The position numbers were made by a program, and so were the translations under genes. A stretch of 64,000 bases of DNA from the NCBI GenBank assembly GCA_963768855.1, contig CAVYJM010000010.1:1-64000 (forward strand), in the 5' to 3' direction. Source of the DNA: an uncultured Thermoplasmata archaeon (GTDB lineage Archaea; Thermoplasmatota; Thermoplasmata; RBG-16-68-12). Shown in pieces: positions 28,452 to 37,751 of the stretch. The first letter of the stretch is position 1, and each line of letters begins with the position of its first letter. Below the pieces are notes generated by a model that was given only the letters and a program-made list of their open reading frames with translations, was not told the DNA's origin and searched no databases.

Positions 28452-29144
28452 ATGCGGTTCACTCGCGTAGAGGGTAGGCAGATCTCCATCGGTGTTGCCG
28501 TGATGACGTTCGCGTTTGCGATCGCCTACATCGGCGGCGCACGGAATCTGGAGAGCTACTTCCGCTTCGGTGGCGACCTTCTGTTCCTGATCGTCCTCAC
28601 CGGCTCCTTCGTCGCGGTCGTGACCGCGTTCTTCCTCCACGAGCTTGCGCACAAGGCGGTCGCCCAGCGTTACGGCGCGGTCGCGGAATACCGCTACTCT
28701 CCCGCGGGCCTCCTTGCGGGGCTCGTCACCGCCTTCATCGGCTGGATGCTCGCGATGCCGGGGGCCGTGGTCATTTCCGGACGGATCACCCCTCGACATC
28801 AGGTGCGAATCAGCGTGGCGGGACCCGCGGCGAACCTCGCCTTCGCGGCCGTGTTCATCGGCCTCTCGGTCGCGCTCGGCACGACCCCTGGTCGGTTCAG
28901 GGAGCCGATCCCGATCTTCGTCGGCACCCTTGCCTTCGTGAATCTGCTCCTGGCGGGGTTCAACCTCATCCCGGTCCCGCCCATTGCCTTCCATCGCGTC
29001 ATTGCCGGGAGACTCCCTGTGAATGTGACGCTCCCCGCGAGCGACGGGTTCCTGATTCTGGTGCCCAGCAAGGTGGTGTGGGCCACGTCGGTCGTGGCGC
29101 TCTTCGCACTGGGCATCGGGGGCCACTTGCTTGAAGTCTTCTAG
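28452..29144 (+). CDS. Site-2 protease (M50) family membrane zinc metalloprotease
   Basis: 'FFLHELAH', 'ISVAGPAANL', 'FNLIPVPP...DG'. Confidence 0.85.
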   Translation: MRFTRVEGRQISIGVAVMTFAFAIAYIGGARNLESYFRFGGDLLFLIVLTGSFVAVVTAFFLHELAHKAVAQRYGAVAEYRYSPAGLLAGLVTAFIGWMLAMPGAVVISGRITPRHQVRISVAGPAANLAFAAVFIGLSVALGTTPGRFREPIPIFVGTLAFVNLLLAGFNLIPVPPIAFHRVIAGRLPVNVTLPASDGFLILVPSKVVWATSVVALFALGIGGHLLEVF

Positions 29145-29249
29145 GTCGCGTTGACCGTCGCCGTCAGGCATCCCGCGCCGAGCCCATTGGCCAGGTTTGC
29201 GATTCATCGGCCGGGGGACATGCGTTGAGCATCGCTTGTCTCTCGGAGA

Positions 29250-29942
29250 CTAGGCGGCCGGTGGTGCAACGGAAGGCGAGGCAGCTTTGGGGGATATCTT
29301 AGGAACTCTGCGGTAGGCGTCGAGGTACGCGATGATGAATAGAGCGTAGGTCAGCGCAAAATAGGATCCGAAACCGGCAACCGATGCGTTGAGAGAACCG
29401 TCGGCGAGCGTGCGGGTCTGAAAGTCTTGGATAATCGCGCCGAAGTCCTGGGCAAGAACTTGCCCCATCCAGAAAGAAACAACCGCGGCCCAGCCAAGGG
29501 CGAGGAGGAGGAGAGCTTTGCCGACCCATGCTGTCAGATGGAGGGCAAGCAACACATACGTCGCGAACGTGAGGAACAGGGAAGCCATGAGCGCAGCGCC
29601 GAACACCCACGACACCCACCAGGATATCGGCGCGGCCGACCCGTAGCTGGACCAGACAAGCGTTGCGGCGCCCGCCACGAGAGCGACGAGGCTGAGCCCG
29701 AACGTCCGATGAGCGTGTCGGAATTCCCGGCTGAGGAGATCGTTCCACTGGTTGCGCCCCATCCAGAGGACAAAGATACCGGCCAGGGTGACGAAAGGCC
29801 CGAGGATGAAAATCACAGCGGCGTAGGGCAATCGGTAGCTGCGGCTGACGTACGCGTACGCCTCCATCGCCCCTTCGATTGCGAACCCTATGGTAAGAAT
29901 CGCAAGGGTGAGGCGGAGCTTGGACACCACGGGCAACGGCAT
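29250..29942 (-). CDS. Hypothetical multi-pass membrane protein
   Basis: About 6 hydrophobic segments; GGAGG RBS. Confidence 0.6.
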   Translation of the reverse strand: MPLPVVSKLRLTLAILTIGFAIEGAMEAYAYVSRSYRLPYAAVIFILGPFVTLAGIFVLWMGRNQWNDLLSREFRHAHRTFGLSLVALVAGAATLVWSSYGSAAPISWWVSWVFGAALMASLFLTFATYVLLALHLTAWVGKALLLLALGWAAVVSFWMGQVLAQDFGAIIQDFQTRTLADGSLNASVAGFGSYFALTYALFIIAYLDAYRRVPKISPKAASPSVAPPAA

Positions 29943-30018
29943 GCATGCCTCCGGGCCTCTTCAAGAGGCCGACGCCGCAGCAAGCGAGACCGACATTTCC
30001 ATCACCTGCATGGTGTCC

Positions 30019-30138
30019 TCACGTCTTCATGATGTCTCGGTCTGCCGGGCGTTTGCGGACGCGACCGCGGCCAACCGTCGAGTTGGCGGCATGCCTCTTG
30101 GCCGCGGTCTTCCTGCCGCCTCGGCTCTTCTTTGCGGT
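30019..30138 (-). repeat. Diverged second copy of the basic mini-ORF at 30662-30781, ATG replaced by ACC
   Basis: Reads (T)AKKSRGGRKTAAKRHAANSTVGRGRVRKRPADRDIMKT*; similarity continues into the downstream RBS region. Confidence 0.7.
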
Positions 30139-30151
30139 TCTTGCGTCACCT

Positions 30152-30295
30152 CTACCTAACCTTGATGACTCCCATGAGCAACAGGACCACAACCGCTAGC
30201 ACGATTGCGCCAAGGAGACCAAACACCAGCCAGCCGATCAGGAATGCCACCACGGAGCCCAGTCCAATGTGAGACCATTGCACGGTTATTGCCAT
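30152..30295 (-). CDS. 47-aa hydrophobic small membrane protein
   Basis: MAITVQWSHIGLGSVVAFLIGWLVFGLLGAIVLAVVVLLLMGVIKVR; GAGGTGGA RBS. Confidence 0.55.
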   Translation of the reverse strand: MAITVQWSHIGLGSVVAFLIGWLVFGLLGAIVLAVVVLLLMGVIKVR

Positions 30296-30305
30296 CCATT
30301 CCACC

Positions 30306-30641
30306 TCACAGAGGACCGATGACGGTGGGCAGGATAAAGCCCACGACCGCAGCGACAATCCACACGATGACCGCGACCACGAGCGCCTTGAGCCATCCCA
30401 TCTCGTACAGACTCCCGAGCGCCAGCAGCCATACGAAGCCACCGATCAAGCCCGCAAGGAGCCCCTGACCCAGGAAGTAATACGCCAAGGCGTAGATGAT
30501 GGCCCCGACGAGGGCGGCCAACAAGGCCGTCCCGATCCCTTCCTTCTCCCCGAAGAGCTTCGTGACCACGTAGATGATGATCGCCGAGATGATCCATCCG
30601 ATGAGGAAGAAGACCAAGGTCGTGACGAGCGACACTGCCAT
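30306..30641 (-). CDS. Small four-TM membrane protein
   Basis: 111 aa, almost entirely hydrophobic; GGGGTGA RBS. Confidence 0.65.
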   Translation of the reverse strand: MAVSLVTTLVFFLIGWIISAIIIYVVTKLFGEKEGIGTALLAALVGAIIYALAYYFLGQGLLAGLIGGFVWLLALGSLYEMGWLKALVVAVIVWIVAAVVGFILPTVIGPL

Positions 30642-30661
30642 TTCCAATCACCCCAGTGTCC

Positions 30662-30781
30662 TCACGTCTTCATGATCTGTCGGCCTGCTTTGCGCTTTCG
30701 GACACGACCACGTCCACCCGGGGACTTCGCGGCCCGCCTCTTGGCCGCGGTCATTCTGCCGCCTCGGCTCTTCTTTGCCAT
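30662..30781 (-). CDS. 39-aa highly basic peptide (not in the ORF track)
   Basis: MAKKSRGGRMTAAKRRAAKSPGGRGRVRKRKAGRQIMKT*; GGAGAAGG 8 nt upstream; frame conserved in the diverged duplicate. Confidence 0.55.
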   Translation of the reverse strand: MAKKSRGGRMTAAKRRAAKSPGGRGRVRKRKAGRQIMKT

Positions 30782-30902
30782 GAGTATAACCTTCTCCGAT
30801 ATCCAGAATCGCCACTCCACGGTTGGCCTCCCCCCTCAGGCCTGCGCGGCCCTCGGACAAGTATATTAGGTTCGTGTCCGATTCCCCCAACGGTTCTGGT
30901 TT

Positions 30903-31820
30903 ATGTGGTCACCAGACGACCAAGACATTCGTATCGTCAGGGCGCTGGCTTCGCCCCACTCGTTTCAGTGGGACGTCCGGATTTCCTATGCTAACGTGGC
31001 CAAGGGGCTCGCCCTCGACGAAGAGACAGTCAGGAACCGGCTGAGACGCATGAACGAGGTGGGGTTCCTGCAGGGATGGCAGCTCGTTCTCAACCCGAGC
31101 ATGCTTGGCCGAAAAGCCGCCATGGTGGAGCTGGGGGTCAGCGCCCCGGAATCGAAGACCAGAGCGATTTCACGACTCAGACTCCTGGAGGGCGTGACGC
31201 TCATCGATGACTTCTATGGCAACAAGCTCGCCGTCCAAGTCTTGTACGTGAATGTGGGGACGCTGGAGAGACAGGTTCAACTGATCGCCTCCCTTTGCGA
31301 CTGGCCAACCCCGGTTTGGTGGAAGCTCGGCTTCCCTCCCTGCGATCTGACCCCTACCAGGACGGACTGGCAGATCATCCAAGCCCTGCGACAGAATGCG
31401 AGAGGGAGCCTGTCCGACGTCTCCCGCAGCCTGCGGATCTCTACTCGGACAGTCAAGAGGCACCTGCAACACTTGGTCGAAGGGAATGCGTTCTACCTCG
31501 ATCCCGTCCTGGACTTGGGAAAGGTCGGCGGCGTGCGATGCCGACTCTGGGTCGTCTGCGAAGCGAACAAGAAGGAAGCCGTCGACCAGATGATTCTGTC
31601 CGGACTCCCGAGGATTATCTCGACCCACACCGCGCCGCAGGAGTACTCCCTTTTCGTCGTCCACTGCTCCAACGCGTCGGAGGTGCAGGAGATCTCGCAG
31701 TGGGCGGGGAAGCTGGAGGGCGTCAAGGAAGTCCGATCGAACATCGACGTGGAACATATCCACATTCAGGAATGGCTTGACGAGGAAATTGAGAAACGGT
31801 CGTCGACGCCGGCCTCCTAG
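30903..31820 (+). CDS. Lrp/AsnC-family regulator with two tandem HTH-plus-effector modules
   Basis: HTH1 'ISYANVAKGLALDEETVRNRLRRM', HTH2 'SLSDVSRSLRISTRTVKRHLQHL'. Confidence 0.8.
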   Translation: MWSPDDQDIRIVRALASPHSFQWDVRISYANVAKGLALDEETVRNRLRRMNEVGFLQGWQLVLNPSMLGRKAAMVELGVSAPESKTRAISRLRLLEGVTLIDDFYGNKLAVQVLYVNVGTLERQVQLIASLCDWPTPVWWKLGFPPCDLTPTRTDWQIIQALRQNARGSLSDVSRSLRISTRTVKRHLQHLVEGNAFYLDPVLDLGKVGGVRCRLWVVCEANKKEAVDQMILSGLPRIISTHTAPQEYSLFVVHCSNASEVQEISQWAGKLEGVKEVRSNIDVEHIHIQEWLDEEIEKRSSTPAS

Positions 31821-31919
31821 CCTGCACACGCCTCCACTAGGAAGACCGGCGGACCGCTCTTGACGGAGAGTCTCCCGCAGGTTGGGGGAGACCAGGAAGC
31901 GCGTTGCGCGCGTCCGCCA

Positions 31920-32264
31920 TTACTGGAGGACCGGATCGCGGCAATCCCTTCTGCGTCCAGGCCTGGAAGGCAGGGGACGACCAGCGCAAGGAAGACCATC
32001 ACGCCGAGCGGCGACCGATGCGATTAGGAGACGAGATCGACAAACGATCCATTGCGTGCCGCCAGGAGGCGCCGCCCCAGCGGTGCTCTCACTTGTCGCG
32101 TTGTCGACGAGCTCGCAGATGAATCGCGACACGGAAACGCCGTGGAGAGCGGCCTCCGCCCTCCACTCCCCGAACATGTCGGAGGTCGGGAAGTAGACCG
32201 TCACGGTCCTCTGTTCGGTCGTATGCGTTTTTCCCCGCTTGGAGCTTGCCGGGCCTTTCTTCAT
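31920..32264 (-). CDS. Ribbon-helix-helix-like protein, possibly degenerate at the C-terminus
   Basis: 'RTVTVYFP...MFGEWRAEAALHGVSVSRFICELVD' fits a beta-alpha-alpha pattern. Confidence 0.45.
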   Translation of the reverse strand: MKKGPASSKRGKTHTTEQRTVTVYFPTSDMFGEWRAEAALHGVSVSRFICELVDNATSESTAGAAPPGGTQWIVCRSRLLIASVAARRDGLPCAGRPLPSRPGRRRDCRDPVLQ

Positions 32265-32303
32265 GTGTATCGGTATTTAGAGCGCTTCACTCATACCACT
32301 TGT

Positions 32304-33770
32304 ATGGCCTTGGTGGACGTCTGGAACTTCATACTGGGCGACCCTCTGAAGATTTTCCTCTGGATTAACGCGGCCCTCATCATCATCACCATCATCTTCA
32401 TAAAACCCAGGAAGGTGACCTCGGTCTATCTCTGGATCGCTGCCTTCCTGGTCCTGCCTGTGGTCTTCGTTCTGATCTTCTACCTCTTCTTCGGCCGTGA
32501 CTATCATCACCGCCAGGTCTTCAGGAACAAGGGAGTAAGCGATGTCCAGGTGGTGGAGCTGCTCCGGCAGCAGCGGAAGACGCTGGCCTTCTCCAGTGAC
32601 ACCTACGAGAACACGCTGCACGAGAACATGTGGCTGGCGAAGATGCTGCTCAACACGAACCGCAGCTTCGTGACCTCGGACAACGAGGTGCGCTACATCA
32701 ACGACGGCAACGAGTTCTTCGAGACCATGTTCGCGCAGATTCGCAGCGCGAAGCACTTCATTCACCTCGAGATGTATATCGTGCGCGACGACGAGCTCGG
32801 CAGAAGACTGGCGCATGAGCTCGCCCTGAAGGCCAAGGAGGGCGTAGAGGTCAAGCTGCTGGTGGACGCGGTGGGCTCGCACAAGCTGCCCCGCAAGTTC
32901 TTCCAGGAACTGCGGGATGCGGGAGGCAAGACGGCCGAGTTCTTCCCCTCCTGGATCCGGGCCGTCAACACCCGCTTCAACAACCGCAACCACCGCAAGC
33001 TGATGATCGTGGATGGCGAGGAGGGCTTCTGCAGCGGCTTCAACGTCGGCATCGAGTATATCGGCCGAGGCCCGCTGGGCCCGTGGCGGGACGACGCGGT
33101 CTTCCTCAGGGGCGGGTCGACCATCGCGCTGGAGGCGCGTTTCATCCAAGACTGGAACTTCGCGGCCAAGGACAATACCACAATCACGCCGTATCTGCCC
33201 GATGGCCCGGGCCCCGGCAAGAGCCAAGTGCAAATCGTCTCCGGAGGGCCGGACACGGAGTACAGCCCCATCAATCATCACTATCTGAAGATGATCACCT
33301 CCGCCACGAAGAAGGTCTACATCCAGACGCCCTACTTCGTTCCAGAAGACCCCATCGCCACCGCCCTGCGAATGGCGGCCGAGTCGGGGGTCGAGGTGAA
33401 GCTCATGATCCCCAGCAAGCCGGACCATCCCTTCGTGTTCTGGGCCACGACCTACAACGCAGGCGAACTGCTGAGGTCGGGAGTGCATGTCTACAAGTTC
33501 CGACCCGGGTTCATCCATGCTAAGATCTGCATGATCGATGACCAGGTCGCCAGCGTGGGGAGCGCCAACTTCGATGTGAGGAGCTTCGAGCTTAACTTCG
33601 AGACCAACGCCGTCATCTACGATGCCGATGTCGCGGCCGCCATTCGTGACAAGTTCCTTGACGATGTCGCCAACCGCAGCGACGAGCTGACCAAGGAATC
33701 GTACGCCCAGCGCGGGAATTGGGTCAAGTTCAAGGAGGCCATCGCGCGCCTCTACACCCCCATCGCCTGA
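32304..33770 (+). CDS. cls: Cardiolipin synthase (phospholipase D family, bacterial ClsA type)
   Basis: Two N-terminal TMs; two HKD motifs 'NHRKLMIVDG' and 'HAKICMIDD'; 'GSANFDVRSFELNFE'. Confidence 0.9.
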   Translation: MALVDVWNFILGDPLKIFLWINAALIIITIIFIKPRKVTSVYLWIAAFLVLPVVFVLIFYLFFGRDYHHRQVFRNKGVSDVQVVELLRQQRKTLAFSSDTYENTLHENMWLAKMLLNTNRSFVTSDNEVRYINDGNEFFETMFAQIRSAKHFIHLEMYIVRDDELGRRLAHELALKAKEGVEVKLLVDAVGSHKLPRKFFQELRDAGGKTAEFFPSWIRAVNTRFNNRNHRKLMIVDGEEGFCSGFNVGIEYIGRGPLGPWRDDAVFLRGGSTIALEARFIQDWNFAAKDNTTITPYLPDGPGPGKSQVQIVSGGPDTEYSPINHHYLKMITSATKKVYIQTPYFVPEDPIATALRMAAESGVEVKLMIPSKPDHPFVFWATTYNAGELLRSGVHVYKFRPGFIHAKICMIDDQVASVGSANFDVRSFELNFETNAVIYDADVAAAIRDKFLDDVANRSDELTKESYAQRGNWVKFKEAIARLYTPIA

Positions 33771-34670
33771 TCACTTAGGCTTTTCCTGGTTCAGCTCGTT
33801 CCGCACCCGGCGGAGGTAGTGCTTGAACCGCGGGGCGTTTTGCTGGTAGTTTATGGCCATGGCGGGCAGGAAGTAGCGGCTGTGCTTGGCCACCATCACC
33901 ATGCCCGTGGCCAGCTTCTGCAGCGGCCCCTTCTCGCAGCCTATGACCACGTTCCGGCGGGCCGCAATCGCGTCCAAGAAGCCCTCCAACGTCGTCTCGT
34001 GAGCGCAGGTGACGACGCCCCCCACGTCCGAGAGCATGTGTCCGTCCGTGCCGCCGGTGAAGGCCATCTTCCTTTCATGCGCCAGCCGCATCGCCTTGAC
34101 GTTCAGCGAGTGCGTCATGCCGCCGGATATCACCTCCAGGCCATCGAAGCGCCTCACGGTCTCCGGCGACAGGTACTTCGCGCCAATGCTCTTCAGCAGA
34201 CCCTTGTTGAAGATCAGATAGCCATAGGGGTGCGCCGCGATCGTGACGCAGTTGTACTCCTCGGCGCGGTCGACAATCTCCTGCGTGCCTAGCTTGATGG
34301 CCAGCCAAGGGCTGCCCTGCCGGTTCGGCTCGATGTGGCGCCTGAAATAGTCCTCCAGGTCGCGAGGCGAATAGAAGTAGGTGAGGATATGGGGGCCGTC
34401 GAAGGCGCTGACCTCCATGCCCGGGACTACCAGCAGGTCCCCCCGGTCCCTGAAGGCTTGCAGAGATCCGGAGATGACGTTGTGATCGGTGATGGCCACC
34501 CCGAAGTCGCGCATGCGGGCTTTCGCCAGCACATCGTGCACCCGGGCATGGCCGTCCGAGTGGTCTGTGTGGAAGTGCATGTCGACGGCCGATAGGCCTT
34601 CCGTCTCCAGCTGTACCATGTCGGGGATCTCGAAACGGACCGGCCCGCTGCTGTGGTCTGAGCGCGGCAT
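33771..34670 (-). CDS. PHP-domain phosphoesterase
   Basis: 'DMHFHTDHSDG', 'AITDHN', 'PGMEV', 'IAAHPY', 'GGTDGH'. Confidence 0.85.
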   Translation of the reverse strand: MPRSDHSSGPVRFEIPDMVQLETEGLSAVDMHFHTDHSDGHARVHDVLAKARMRDFGVAITDHNVISGSLQAFRDRGDLLVVPGMEVSAFDGPHILTYFYSPRDLEDYFRRHIEPNRQGSPWLAIKLGTQEIVDRAEEYNCVTIAAHPYGYLIFNKGLLKSIGAKYLSPETVRRFDGLEVISGGMTHSLNVKAMRLAHERKMAFTGGTDGHMLSDVGGVVTCAHETTLEGFLDAIAARRNVVIGCEKGPLQKLATGMVMVAKHSRYFLPAMAINYQQNAPRFKHYLRRVRNELNQEKPK

Positions 34671-34939
34671 CTAGTCCTCGGCCAAGATAGCGACGGGTGG
34701 GGTTAGAAGCTATGCGCCAACCTAGCACCAAATAGGCGCTCAGGATCGCATTTCGCCGGTGAGGAACGAATGCGTCTTCACCCCTCCTGCCGGTTCGCTT
34801 CCATCGATGAATCGATGTTGCTCGGGCTGGTCGCTGGGTTCTTCATCAGCATCGGTTTCGTCTCTCCGACAGCCAAGGCATGGAAGGCAGGGATCGCCGT
34901 CCGAGGGAAGAGCGTCGCGCCGGGCGGTGACGGAACCGA

Positions 34940-36565
34940 TTAGGAGGCAAGGCCGACGAACGATCCAACGCGTTCCGCTACGGCGGGATCGTCGAGGGCG
35001 GCGGCGAATTCGACCAGGGTCGCAAACGGTCGGCGCCGCACGATGCGCGCCGCGCGCTTGGCCCCGACGCCGGGCAGGGCCTCAAGGGCCCTCAACGAGG
35101 CGCGATTCACGTCAAGCGGGAACTCCACGCCGGTCACGGACCGCTCGCCGTGGCTCGTGATCTTCACGTCCACGAACCGAGTGACGTCGAGATCATAGGG
35201 CAAGCCGACGAGGATTGGATAAGTTCCGATCTGGCGCCCGTACGTCACGTGGCCGTGTCGAATCTCGAGATACACGTCTCGCAGAACGGTTCCTTCGGGG
35301 AGGACGCGGCGGAGCATTTCATGGTCGACGCCTGCCCGCACAGATTCCTTGAAACGCCGGAACTCGGAATGCAGCCCCGTGGGCTCGAATTCCTGGCGTA
35401 CGGGACGAACCTGGCGGATGTTGATCCGCCGAACCCAGAGGTCCTCCTCGAGGAGATGCTTCAGAAAGGCGAGATTCAGATCGAAGGTCTTCTTCGTTTC
35501 GCCCGTCAAACCCGTGACGAAGTTGAGACCAGGTAGGAGCTGCGGCAGGCCGTTTTCCCCACGCTCCCGGCCCACGGCGTTGACCATGCGGATGGCCTGA
35601 AGACATCCGTCCGCGTCGATGTTGAGGTTGTTCGCCTCCGTGACCGCGGGATCCGCGGACTCGAGGCCGAAGGAGAGAAGGTTGCCCGGGGACGTGTACC
35701 GCACCAGGAGGCGGAGAGCCGCCGTGGCCTCGTCCGGATGGGCGACCATCATCGCAGGGTCGCCGTTGTCCGTGTGGAGGATCCGCAGCCGCGGCGCGGC
35801 CTCGTGGATCCCGCGGAGGAGGGCCTCAAGCGCCGGGACGTTGACCTGCGGCGTCGGAGAGCCGCCGAGGCCGATCGCCTGGTAGCTGAAGAAGTCCGCC
35901 TGGCCTCCGAGGCGGAAATTGACCGCGCCGAGGGACGCGAGCTTCCGGACCTCCGCAAGGATCCCGTCCAGCGGGCGGAACTTCGTGATCCCGTACTGAG
36001 GCTCGACACAGAAGCTGCAGCCGCCGTTCACGTAGCGCACGCAGCCCTTCGTGGTGTCGATCTCGACGATGAGCGGTTCCGGGAAGTCAGGATGCCGGGC
36101 GATGACGTCCGCGCCGAGGAGGGCCCAACGGTCCCACTCCGCCATCGTGCGGTCGCGGTCCTCCCACTCGCCCTTCGTCAGGTGGTCGTACACGCAGACA
36201 TCGAGGTCGCGGACCGCCACATGGTCGAACGGCTCGACGAGGGCGTCGTCGAAGAAGCGGAACCGGGCCAGGGGACCGCCGAACACGCTCGGGCCCTTGA
36301 AGGCGGTTGCGTGACGGAGGATCTCCTTCTCGCTGATGGGCAGGCTCCGGAGGTACTTGCCCGGGACGATCGGCCCGGAGATGATCGCGAGGAGGTCGCC
36401 GTGGAGCGGGTGACCGGCGCGCGCCCGGTCGATCGTGACATACTCCCATTCATGGCCCGCATCCGCCACGGCGCCTGCGAGGTACCGCGGGTACGGGGAA
36501 ATGAAGGGCGGCACGCCGAAGTTGGACGGCTCGTCGACGTAGCCGTCCAGGATCACGACCTTCAT
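34940..36565 (-). CDS. Archaeal radical SAM protein with C-terminal TRAM-like and helix-hairpin-helix regions
   Basis: 'LDGYVDEP..FGVPP', 'GCVRYVNGGCSFC' (Cx7Cx2C), 'SFGLESAD', 'LEALPGVGAKRA'. Confidence 0.8.
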   Translation of the reverse strand: MKVVILDGYVDEPSNFGVPPFISPYPRYLAGAVADAGHEWEYVTIDRARAGHPLHGDLLAIISGPIVPGKYLRSLPISEKEILRHATAFKGPSVFGGPLARFRFFDDALVEPFDHVAVRDLDVCVYDHLTKGEWEDRDRTMAEWDRWALLGADVIARHPDFPEPLIVEIDTTKGCVRYVNGGCSFCVEPQYGITKFRPLDGILAEVRKLASLGAVNFRLGGQADFFSYQAIGLGGSPTPQVNVPALEALLRGIHEAAPRLRILHTDNGDPAMMVAHPDEATAALRLLVRYTSPGNLLSFGLESADPAVTEANNLNIDADGCLQAIRMVNAVGRERGENGLPQLLPGLNFVTGLTGETKKTFDLNLAFLKHLLEEDLWVRRINIRQVRPVRQEFEPTGLHSEFRRFKESVRAGVDHEMLRRVLPEGTVLRDVYLEIRHGHVTYGRQIGTYPILVGLPYDLDVTRFVDVKITSHGERSVTGVEFPLDVNRASLRALEALPGVGAKRAARIVRRRPFATLVEFAAALDDPAVAERVGSFVGLAS

Positions 36566-36613
36566 GGACCGGAATCCATGCCGCCCTCGCGATAAAAGGG
36601 CTTCGCCCCATCC

Positions 36614-36886
36614 TCAGGCAGGCTTCTTCTCCGGCTCCTTGCCCGCGAGGCGGCTGATCAAGATGATGAAGATGATCAGCACGACGGTGAGGATGACGGC
36701 CGTCACGACGAAAATGCCCCACCCTGCCCAGTTCGCCGGCGCAGTGGTGCTAACCCCTGCCGCCGAAAGGCCGCCCTGCACGACTTGGTTCCACAACAGC
36801 GCAATCACGAAGCCGAAGGCCGAAGCCATCGACGTTGCAATCGTTTTGCGCACTTCCGTCACCGAGAGTTTCTTGTCCTCCGCCAT
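36614..36886 (-). CDS. Small membrane protein (DUF5654-like)
   Basis: 'MASAFGFVIALLWN' plus a second TM segment. Confidence 0.6.
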   Translation of the reverse strand: MAEDKKLSVTEVRKTIATSMASAFGFVIALLWNQVVQGGLSAAGVSTTAPANWAGWGIFVVTAVILTVVLIIFIILISRLAGKEPEKKPA

Positions 36887-36958
36887 ACCAACCCTCGGAG
36901 GGGGAATCGACCACCCGAGAATTGTGCTTTTCGGCCCCCGTCCGCTCGTGTTCGGATC

Positions 36959-37411
36959 CTAGTGGGACCGCCGCGCCGGACCTTTCTCCTTCGAGACCAC
37001 CCGGATCCCCTCGATCTGCGCGGCGGGGTACTGCCCCCGCGCATCCTTCTCGAGGGACTTCACCATGTCCCAGACCGTGAGCAGCGCGACGCTCACGCCG
37101 TACAGCGCCTCCATCTCGACGCCCGTCTTGTACGTCGCCGCGACGGTCGTCGTGCAAACGACGCGGTCCGCGCGGACGTCGAGCTCGACCGCCGCCGACG
37201 TAAGGGGGATCGGATGGCAGTGGGGCAGGGCCTGCCACGTGGACTTGATCGCCTGGAGCCCGGCGACTTCCGCCGCGGCGATCGGATCGCCCTTCTCCAC
37301 GCGCCCGGCGCGGATGGCGCGGACCGTGGCGGCACGGAGGCGGATCGTCCCGGTGGCCACGGCCCGCCGCGGCACGTCGGGCTTCGCCTGGATGTCGACC
37401 ATCCGCGCCAT
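36959..37411 (-). CDS. moaC: Cyclic pyranopterin monophosphate synthase
   Basis: 'MVDI..K..V.R.A.A.G.I', 'KGDP', 'LPHCHPIPL', 'TGVEMEAL.GVSVALLTVWDMVK'. Confidence 0.92.
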   Translation of the reverse strand: MARMVDIQAKPDVPRRAVATGTIRLRAATVRAIRAGRVEKGDPIAAAEVAGLQAIKSTWQALPHCHPIPLTSAAVELDVRADRVVCTTTVAATYKTGVEMEALYGVSVALLTVWDMVKSLEKDARGQYPAAQIEGIRVVSKEKGPARRSH

Positions 37412-37751
37412 GGGTCCCCGCAAGCGAGGCGTCGCTATATCACGATTCGCGCGCCCGGGCATTGTCAACACACGTGCGCACGTCCGACGCATCGGACGGT
37501 CCATTCCCATCGCGCGCGCGAGGCATTGTCAAGTCGACTGTGTCGGACGCCGGAGCGCTTAACTACGCCCCGGGCCGCTGAGGCGAGCTCGTGCGGATGG
37601 GACATGGCGCGCACGAAGGGATGGGACGGGACGCCGCGACGCGGCCTCCTGAGATGGCGATTCCTTCACCGCGTCCCCGCCGCCAAGCCTGGCCGGCTGA
37701 GCGGTCCGCGAACGGCTCCGGGGCCGGGCGAGACGACGTGAGGCGAAGGAC

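Noticed and set aside
30781-30800. AAGGTTATAC (minus strand) upstream of the basic mini-ORF as a palindrome copy
   Set aside because: Only one half-site, and it is part of the GGAGAAGG ribosome-binding region.
28215-34930. Integrated provirus or transposon
   Set aside because: No integrase, transposase, capsid or replication gene and no flanking att or target-site duplication found.
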